Origin: Octopus sinensis
Lineage: Eukaryota
Reading direction: 5' to 3'
Assembly: GCF_006345805.1 (NCBI RefSeq)
Contig: NC_043002.1
Span: 110,856,001-110,920,000, forward strand
DNA: 64,000 bases
Below the pieces are notes generated by a model. The model had not been told where the DNA came from, searched no databases, and saw only the letters and a program-made list of their open reading frames with translations. Within the stretch, counting starts at the first letter, position 1. Every line of letters begins with the position of its first letter. The translations under genes and the position numbers were made by a program. Below, in pieces: positions 55,103-64,000 of this stretch.

Positions 55103-55353
55103 TATATGCCATACCGATGTCCAACCTTGCCATCCACTTCTTTTCACTTTGTTCATAAAGTTATCATTGACTAATAACCCTAAACTATTGACCCGTACTA
55201 TATATAGGTTACTTGAATGTCATTAAGCATATAAATTAACAAATACAAAAAGCAAAATATAAATACAAACAAATATGACTGATGAATGAACATCAACGAA
55301 TACTTCTGTTATTCCACAAAAAGAATTAATTATCAAAGAAGAAAACAAACAAA

Positions 55354-55507
55354 ATGATGATGATGGTGGTGGTGGTGGTGGTGGTGGTGGCGGTGGCGGT
55401 GGTGGCGGTGGCGTCGGCAGCGGTGGCGTCGGCAGCGGTGGTGGTGGTGGTGGTGGTGGTGGCGGTGGCAGTGGTGCTGTTGCTGCTGATGATGATGATG
55501 AGGATGA

Positions 55508-55538
<31 letters not shown>

Positions 55539-55680
55539 AGTGGTGGTGGTGGTGGCAGTGGCGGTGGCGGTGGCGGTGGTGGTGGTGGCGGTGACAGTGC
55601 TGCTGTTGCTGCTGCTGATGATGATGAGGATGATGATGATGATGAGGATGATGATGATGATGAGGATGAGGATGAGGATG
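55354..55680. repeat. GGT/GGC/GAT compound trinucleotide array
   Basis: Direct inspection. Confidence 0.93.
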
Positions 55681-56520
55681 AAAGAAAATTTAAGAGAATC
55701 AAGATAGACAAACAATATTTAAAAGCTAACTTATGAAACCAGTTACATATATATATCTTTATCGAAACTGGTTTTCTAGCAGAATTGCCCAGTTTTCAAT
55801 GATTTTTTTCAAAAATAGAAGTGACCTCTTAACAATCCCAACAACACACACTTTACTACAAATCATCAAATGAGAGACATTCACCATGTGAACTTGACTT
55901 GCTAGAAATAGCAATCAAATTTTTTTTAAAGATCACACTCTATTATCTAAGAAAAGAAAGACATGTTAGATAATTTAGTCTTAAGACACACATTATCTGG
56001 AAAAAAATTTTGGCTGTCTTGGCTGGAATGCTTTTATTTGCTAGTTTTGTTGTCAGAGATGGGAGTCTTGGGGCTGAACAACAACAAGCCATAAGATAAA
56101 AGATTATGTTTAGTTAATAAAAACACTCACTTCAATTTTTTGCTTTTACTTCAGTGAAATATTTTCAATTCTTTTTATTTCTAGATTTTTTAGTATTTTT
56201 GTTTTGTCCCTGGTCAGTCCTGGTCCAGCAGATCTATGATCAAAGGTGTTTCAATCAGGATCAATAATTTTACTTCGCTTATTTTTCACACAGAGTGTAT
56301 CTAGGACTAAATTATTCAATGTGTCCCAAGTTTTGTTGCATTTTTTTAAAAAAAGGTAGCATAGAATTTAATTTGAAACAGATTTAGCTGCTATTTCTAA
56401 CAGGTTGAGTGACTGCATATAAAATCTCTTATTTCTAGTTTTGATGAATGACAGAAAGGGGCAGTGTACTCTGCCTTTTCATCCAACCATCTATTTGGGT
56501 CATTTCAAAGGAGTATACCT

Positions 56521-56934
56521 ATTTCTTTATTACCCACAAGGGGCTAAACACAGAGGGGACAAACAAGGACAGACATAGGTATTAAGTCGATTACATCGAC
56601 CCCAGTGTGTAACTGGTACTCAATTTATCAACCCGAAAGGAAGAAAGGCAAAGTCGACCTCGGCGCAATTTGAACTCACAACGTAACGACGGGCGAAATA
56701 CCCATTTCTTTACTACCCTCAAGGGGCTAAACACAGAGGGGACAAACAAGGACAGACATAGGTATTAAGTCGATTACATCGACCCCAGTGCGTAACTGGT
56801 ACTCAATTTATCGACCCCGAAAGGATGAAAGGCAAAGTCGACCTCGGCGGAATTTGAACTCACAATGTAACGCAGACGAAATACCGCTAAGCATTTCGCC
56901 CGGCGTGCTAACGTTTCTGCCAGCTCGCCGCCTT
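56521..56934 (-). mobile_element. SINE family B dimer (full + 5'-truncated monomer) within one TSD
   Basis: 13-bp TSD aaggagtatacct (56508-56520, 56935-56947). Confidence 0.9.
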
Positions 56935-57607
56935 AAGGAGTATACCTGCTTCCTCCATGGCACTGTGCCAAAATAAAAAGCCATTATTAGTTGCTTTTTT
57001 CATTAAAAAGAAATTTTGTCAAAATGAAGGAAATAAAAAAATGATTTAGTTCTCAGTTATGCTTTTGTGAACTGATCTGTGGCACTTGTACAAATGGGCA
57101 GGGCAACCGATTTCGAGAAAAAAAAAATTATGCCAAAGATAAGTATAAAATGATGTCAAAGATAAGTTTAAAAGGCTGTTTGAATTATTCCAGGGATTAA
57201 GTAATTTATCAAAAGCATTTACAAGCCTCCTCCCCCCTCTTTATCCTATTATCACCTCCCCTTGTCCTTCTCCATTAACAGACATCCTTATCAGTTGACC
57301 TTTTATTCCTTTTCCAACTGAAGTCAGAGGCACCTCTGAATGTTTTACATTCTTTGCTGTTTTTAGTACCTCATCCTTTCACACCTGGAGTTCACAAATT
57401 TTAGGCACACTATATATGTATATATATATATCAGTTTCAACTTTTGGTTGGTAGTTGGAGTAAATTTTGTTTAATTCGTTATTCTTTCAATTTTTTTCTT
57501 GTTTGTACCTACCAGAATACAATACCAATATTGAATTCAGTGAAAAATATCACGCTTCCTCTTTAAAGTATAGAACCTGAATTGAATCAGCATATTTTTA
57601 TATGCAA

Positions 57608-57854
57608 CTAGCAGTATCGCCCGGCGTTGCTTGGGTTTGTAAAGGAAATAACTATATAAGCATTTTTAGAGAGTTATAGCCAAAATATAGCAAAAAAATG
57701 CATTAAAAATGGAAAAAAAATGATGGTAAATTTTCGATATGAATCACGACTATAAGATACCCGGTTTTGGTTAAACTGCACCGCAAAATGTGGGAGTAGT
57801 TAGGAATCTAAATCGTAGTAGACAGACACACAACTTCACTTTTATATATAAAGA
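57608..57854 (-). mobile_element. Non-autonomous Helitron, internally deleted
   Basis: Both termini intact, middle missing. Confidence 0.88.
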
Positions 57855-58113
57855 TGAGCCTCATGACTGTGTGCAGCTGATATTCTAGCAAGTTCACACT
57901 GCTGTTTCAATTTACTGTTGTAACCGTTTCACTCCACATGCACTATTAATGTAGAAGAGAGATAAGGTATGAATGGTGAAAGAATCGCATTATTTATAAA
58001 TTTAAGGGCACATGCCTTTGAAAAAAGAAGAACCAGCAAAAAAAGCATGCTGGATTAAATAGCTGACATGATACAGTTTCAGACACACGCATATGTATAC
58101 GCATACATCTATG

Positions 58114-58153
<40 letters not shown>

Positions 58154-58299
58154 CTTTAATAATAGCTTCTCTGTGCTGCATATGACTTAAAATTTTGTGG
58201 GCTTGTAAGGTGAACGTATCTCATCAGATATCTAGAGAAAGGTAAAAGGATTTGAGACAAGTTTGAGATGGCTTCTAGATGTTAGGCCTTTATTATCAG

Positions 58300-58555
58300 C
58301 TCAGTTCATTGGTGTTAATACTATAAAAATAAGGTCATTAGAATAGAGAAGTTCCCATGGGCACCCAACCTTAAACTCCTCTGTTATGGCCTGAAGAACT
58401 ATAATGAATAGGAGGGGACTGAGAACTGAACCCTGGTAAACTACTCGCACACTAAATTCATTGCTACACTTGTTGCTAACTCTCAGCTTACAGACAGAAC
58501 CCCTGTATATGGCTTGAACAGCTCTCACCAGCCATTCATCTCCACAATTCCAAAG
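58300..58555 (-). pseudogene. RTE RT fragment
   Basis: VYQGSVLSPLLFIIVLQAITEEFKVGCPWELLY. Confidence 0.85.
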
Positions 58556-58699
58556 TAAAAGGGGACTCTATTGAAGATTTTCTTCAGGTTGATACTTGAA
58601 CAATATATTTTTCCATTCAAGTCAATACAGGATTACAGATAGTATTTATGGAATTTTGAATCACTGTTGGGTGACTTTTGGCCAACCCTTTATAATAAG

Positions 58700-58890
58700 G
58701 CAGCAAGCTGGCAGAATCCTTAGCACACCAGGCAAAATGCTTAGCAGCATTTCATCCATTTTTATGCTCTGAGTCAACCATGCCTTTCATCCTTTTGGGG
58801 TCAATAAGTACCTGTTGAGCCCTGGGGTTGATATAATCAATTTGCTTCCTCCCCCAAAATTGCTGGCTTTGTGCCAAAATTTGAAATCAG
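58700..58890 (+). mobile_element. Degenerate SINE family B
   Basis: ggcagcaagctggcagaatccttagcac...gcctttcatccttttggggtcaata. Confidence 0.7.
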
Positions 58891-59499
58891 TATTACTCTA
58901 TAACAGTTCTGTAAATGAAACCTCATTTTAGATATGACAGAGTTACATCTGTTTATGTCAATCATGGTAATATTTAAGCAACATTGTATCCGTTATTTAG
59001 TCACAAAATATTGATTATTTTAATAATTTCATCTTCCAATCAGCTGATCTAGAAATTCCGTTTTATAAAATAGAAATGGTTCCATCCTCATGCCTCAACA
59101 AACCATTCCCAAAGACAGACTTGCATCTAATTTACAACTTACCATATTTTCACGCTTGATATTTATTATAAATCAGGATTGTTGTTATCTGTGTTCCTTT
59201 TGTTGTTGTTGCTGTTGATATTTCAATGTGTTGTTCTTTTTGTTGATTTTGCTGTAATTTTTATGAAGCCTAAAAAAGATTAAAATAAAAGAAATCATCA
59301 TCATCATCATCATCATGATTATTATTAACATTGTTCTAACAGTATTTCTGCATAGCCATTTTCCTCTATGCTCTCTGTCTATTACCTACTCTATTACTCT
59401 CTCTCTCTCTGTATATAGATATATATATACACATATACATATACTTATACATATCAAGTTGGAGCTATGTATATATAATATATATATATTTAAATATAA

Positions 59500-59590
<91 letters not shown>

Positions 59591-59726
59591 AATATAAATA
59601 TATATATATATATATATATTATAATATATATATATATAATATAATTCGAGACAAAACCACTATTTTAAAACCAAACAAGGAAAGACTTAATCAATACATA
59701 AAATTTAATATAAATTAAATAAACCG

Positions 59727-59770
59727 CCACTACAAATGTTTCATGTCTGCTACCGACAATCTTCAGGTGG
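59727..59770 (-). ncRNA. Mirror copy of the hammerhead-like motif
   Basis: Exact reverse complement of 59826-59869. Confidence 0.6.
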
Positions 59771-59825
59771 ATTTTCGATCTTCTAATCAGTATCAAAATT
59801 TGATACTGATTAGAAGATCGAAAAT

Positions 59826-59869
59826 CCACCTGAAGATTGTCGGTAGCAGACATGAAACATTTGTAGTGG
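59826..59869 (+). ncRNA. Minimal type I hammerhead ribozyme-like motif
   Basis: ccac-CTGAAGA-t-tgtc(ggtagca)gaca-t-GAAAC-attt-GTA-gtgg. Confidence 0.6.
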
Positions 59870-60067
59870 CGGTTTATTTAATTATATTAAAATTTTATGT
59901 ATTGATTAAGTCTTTCCTTGTTTGGTTTAAACTGGTTTTGTCTCGAATTATATTATATAATATTTTACTATAAAATTGGATTTAACCTAAATCTGATTTT
60001 TCCCTGTAATTTTGGATTCATTCCCTAATATTTATTATTATATATATATATATATATATATATTTAA

Positions 60068-60099
<32 letters not shown>

Positions 60100-60327
60100 C
60101 TAAATATAAAGTGTTATATGAAAGGCTATTAAATATGGAGGATGAATGGGAGAAAGGTAGTCTCTCCCATGTGAACCCAACGGAGGGGCCAGCTGTTTGA
60201 GTTGACAGCTGTATGAAAGGCAATTAAGGATATAAAGACTGGGACAGCTCTGGTCCATTGGAAGTTACCTCTGAAATGCTTAAAATATCTGGCAGAGTAG
60301 GATATGGTTTGGTCACCTGTATACTTA

Positions 60328-60734
60328 CTCTTTTACTCTTTTACTTGTTTCAGTCATTTGATTGTGGCCATGCTGGAGCACCACCTTTAGTCGAACAAAT
60401 CGACCCCGGGACTTATTCTTTGTAAGCCCAGTACTTATTCTATCAGTCTCTTTTGCCGAACCGCTAAGTGACGGGGACATAAACACACCAGCATTGGTTG
60501 TCAAGCAATGCTAGGGGGACAAACACAGATACACAAACATATACACACACACTTATATATATACATATATACAACAGGCTTCTTTCAGTTTCCGTCTACC
60601 AAATCCACTCACAAGGCATTGGTTGGCCCGGGGCTATAGCAGAAGACACTTGCCCAAGATGCCACGCAGTGGGACTGAACCTGGAACCATGTGGTTGGTT
60701 AGCAAGCTACTTACCACACAGCCACTCCTGCGCC
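60328..60734 (-). mobile_element. SINE family A with TSD tactta
   Basis: Family match; tactta at 60322-60327 and 60735-60740. Confidence 0.94.
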
Positions 60735-60746
60735 TACTTAATCAAA

Positions 60747-61266
60747 TCTATATATATAAAACTCTAGTTGTGTGAGTGTCTGTCCCCTTCGATTTAGATT
60801 CCTAACTCCTCCCACATTTTGCGGTGCAGTTTAACCAAATTCGGGTATCTTATAGTCGTGATTAATATTGAGCCCATCTGGCTATTAGCGCATGTCTACA
60901 ATGAGTCTACGATTTTAAAAATAATTTAACATCATTTTTTTATTCCATTTTAATGCATAATTTTTCGTGTGTCGATGGCGGCGGAGTTGGCGTCCACGCT
61001 CAAACACCTGCACCTGTGTTTGCTTCTCCCCCTTCTTCCCTCCCTCGTGAAGCTGTGGGGAAGGGAGTGTAAGGAATCAACGTCGTCGTAAAGCGTTGTC
61101 AAGGAGACCAGCGTTCTTTTAGAACAACGACTTCATGGCTTGAAGACACCAAAACAGAAATGGCTAAGAAAGCCCGAATTGGCATCTATAAGGGAAGTAA
61201 CTGTCTAAAAATGCTTATATAGTTATTTCCCTTACAAACCCGAGCAACGCCGGGCGATACTGCTAG
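60747..61266 (+). mobile_element. Non-autonomous Helitron carrying a ~215-bp extra internal segment
   Basis: a|TCtatatatataaaa...cccgagcaacgccgggcgatactgCTAG|t. Confidence 0.92.
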
Positions 61267-61617
61267 TTATTTATAAAGGTGTCATCCCAATGCCTGGTGT
61301 TGCATTATAGTCAGCTGCTACAAGGTTAAGGGAGATGCCTTAGATAGAAGTAATTACAGAGGCATCAACATGGGATCTACGCTCCAATATGGGAGCTATG
61401 GGTAATTGAATGACCTTCTATGTGATCACCTAAACTGCTAGAAATAGCAGCCAAATACCCACACTGGAAAGATTAATTAACAAATATCATCTTAGAAATA
61501 CCCAAGAAAAGATGGGATGCTCATTGCTTGAATGTCTTTGATGATATGTCTGCTAGATCAGAAGTGACAAGAGGCTAAGTAACAGTTACAGTGACTTCCA
61601 GTCATGTAAATACCATT

Positions 61618-61695
61618 GCTGCTGCTGCTGCTACTACTACTACTACTACTGTTGCTGCTACTACTACTACTACTACTACTACTACTAATACTACC

Positions 61696-61727
<32 letters not shown>

Positions 61728-61926
61728 CACCACGACCACGACCACCACCACTACTACCACTACTACTACTACCACTACTACCACCACTACCACCACCACC
61801 ACCACCACTACTACTACTACTACTACCACCACGACCACGACCACCACCACTATTACTACTACTACTACTACCACCACCACCACTACCACCACCACCACCA
61901 CCACCACCACCACTACTACTACTACC

Positions 61927-61958
<32 letters not shown>

Positions 61959-61992
61959 CACTACCACCACCACCACCACCACCACCACCACC

Positions 61993-62057
<65 letters not shown>

Positions 62058-62070
62058 TACCACCACCACC

Positions 62071-62111
<41 letters not shown>

Positions 62112-62112
62112 C

Positions 62113-62144
<32 letters not shown>

Positions 62145-62148
62145 CACC

Positions 62149-62180
<32 letters not shown>

Positions 62181-62204
62181 CCTACACACTACTACCACTA
62201 CTAT

Positions 62205-62242
<38 letters not shown>

Positions 62243-62277
62243 ACACCACCACCACTACCACCACCACCACCACCACC

Positions 62278-62321
<44 letters not shown>

Positions 62322-62349
62322 CACCACCACTACTACCACCACCACCACC

Positions 62350-62384
<35 letters not shown>

Positions 62385-62417
62385 CACTACCACCACCACC
62401 ACCACCACCACTACTAC

Positions 62418-62448
<31 letters not shown>

Positions 62449-62450
62449 GT
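61618..62450. repeat. (ACT)n/(ACC)n compound array
   Basis: Direct inspection. Confidence 0.96.
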
Positions 62451-62851
62451 TGCTGTTACTGTAACTGTTTTAAGCATCTCAGCAACATATAACCACTGAT
62501 GCTACCAACAACAGCAGCATCATCATCATCATCCTCGCTCCCAGTCAATGTGGTTACTCGCTAACTTGAAATAAATGCCAATTTTCTCTCCAATCATAAT
62601 CTACCATCTTGGAAAAGGAAATTACATATTTGTAGATATACTACACCTAAAACAAAATAGAAAGGATTGTCATAGCTGGAACACCTTTCATCAAAGAAAA
62701 TTAACCTAGGGTTAAACAATAATAACAACCATCATCATCATCATCATTAGCAGCAGCACCACCACCACTATCACTTCCACTACACCAACAAGAGAACCGT
62801 TATGTGATCATTCAATCTGCCAAGAGTAACAACCAAATCTCTCTGAATTCC

Positions 62852-63256
62852 TACTCTTTTACTCTTTTACGTGTTTCAGTCATTTGACTGCAGCCATGCT
62901 GGAGCACCGCCTTTAATCGAGCAACTCGATCCCGGGACTTATTCTTTTGTAAGCCCAGTACTTATTCTATCGGTCTCTTTTGCCGAACCACTAAGTGACG
63001 GGGACGTACACACACCAGCATTGGTTGTCAAGCAATGCTAGGGGGACAAACACACACACACAAACATACACACATACATATATATATATACATATATACG
63101 ACAGGCTTCTTTCAGTTTCCGTCTACTAAATCCACTCACAAGGCTTTGGTCGGCCCGGGGCTATAGTATAAGACACTTGCCTAAGGTGCCACGCAGTGGG
63201 ACTGAACCCGGAACCATGTGGTTGGTAAACAAGCTACTTACCACACAGCTACTCCT
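62852..63256 (-). mobile_element. SINE family A
   Basis: Family match. Confidence 0.94.
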
Positions 63257-63485
63257 CCCAACAATCTTGAAAGAAAAAGTGGTGGGACACATTTGATATG
63301 CAGTTCTAGATATCTTTGCCAATGTCTTTGATAATGTATCTGCTCAGTTAAGGTTGACCTGGGACTAAACACCAACAACAATAACAAAACCATCTACACC
63401 ACCACCGATACTGACAACTTCATGAGTGCCTCCACCACCACCACACTCATCACCACTACCATCACTATTAATACTATAGCTATTG

Positions 63486-63818
63486 GGGGGGACCCCCTTC
63501 GGTCACGACGATGACCATGGGATTGCACCTAGAAAGTTACCCTCCTAGTCACAAGTCTGGGCAAGGTTGTTTATGGAAGACCAGCAGTCGCCCATGCATA
63601 CCGGCCTCCCTTCTCCATGCCACCGATGTTGTCCAAGGGAAAGGCAAAGGGGCCGATACAGCTTGGCACCTGTGACATCGCAACTCATTTCTACAGCTGA
63701 GTGAACTGGAGCAACGTGAAATAAAGTGTCTTGCTCAAGAACACAACACGCAGCCCGGTCCGGGATTCGAGCTCACAACCTCACGATCGTAAGCTCGACG
63801 CTCTAACCACTGAGCCAA
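63486..63818 (-). mobile_element. SINE family E (tRNA-derived)
   Basis: Minus head tggctcagtggttagagcgtcgagc...gagctcgaatccc followed by ttgagcaagacactt...ctccagttcactcagctg. Confidence 0.85.
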
Positions 63819-64000
63819 TTCTAGCTATTGTATTATCGTCATATACCACCACTACCACATCAACCCCACCACCATCACTACCATCACAACCACCACTACA
63901 GCAATCACCATTACTAGCATGAGAACTGCTACAATGATAACCATCACTATCTTGACCACTTTCACTACCACACTGCCGACACACCACCTTCATCCTCAGC

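Larger units (their letters stand above)
59633..59959. repeat. 327-bp near-perfect palindrome (centre 59798), probably inverted Penelope-like termini
   Basis: Arms identical over the central ~140 bp with a 1-nt spacer; mirrored ORFs MSATDNLQVDF on both strands. Confidence 0.95.
60110..61370 (+). pseudogene. Old RTE fragment split by a SINE A and a Helitron
   Basis: YERLLNMEDEW...NPTEGPAV...EMLKISG; removing both inserts restores similarity to 51415-51730. Confidence 0.8.

Noticed and set aside
61591-62499. Thr-rich mucin-like ORF
   Set aside because: ACT/ACC microsatellite open in several frames

Overview
AT-rich, repeat-saturated animal DNA. The SINE/LINE/microsatellite make-up looks most like a coleoid cephalopod (Octopus); this is my pattern recognition, not a database result. 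No intact long host CDS is present, and nearly all long ORFs in the track are microsatellite artefacts. The window holds at least 13 copies of one tRNA-derived SINE (family A) and three other SINE families (B, D, E). It also holds 7 copies of a non-autonomous Helitron, a decayed RTE LINE with UTR-only copies, two CR1 families, a co-oriented nest of R4/Dong-clade LINEs in (TAA)n, a second R4 family flanked by (TACA)n, a clean solo LTR, a scrambled Ty3/Gypsy mosaic, piggyBac-type MITEs, a Chapaev-like relic and multi-kb trinucleotide arrays. Three unexplained signals stand out. (1) Two minus-strand microexon-like cassettes 17 kb apart (10 nt and 12 nt) share three flanking motifs; joined to a strong acceptor at 1783-1784 they would encode ...PWVSKTDV-stop, suggesting the window is intronic DNA of a hidden gene. 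(2) Two long fold-back palindromes have arms carrying hammerhead-ribozyme-like cores, probably Penelope-like termini. (3) Several unusual retroposition products occur: a 104-bp TSD, a SINE dimer inside one TSD and a fold-back SINE tail.
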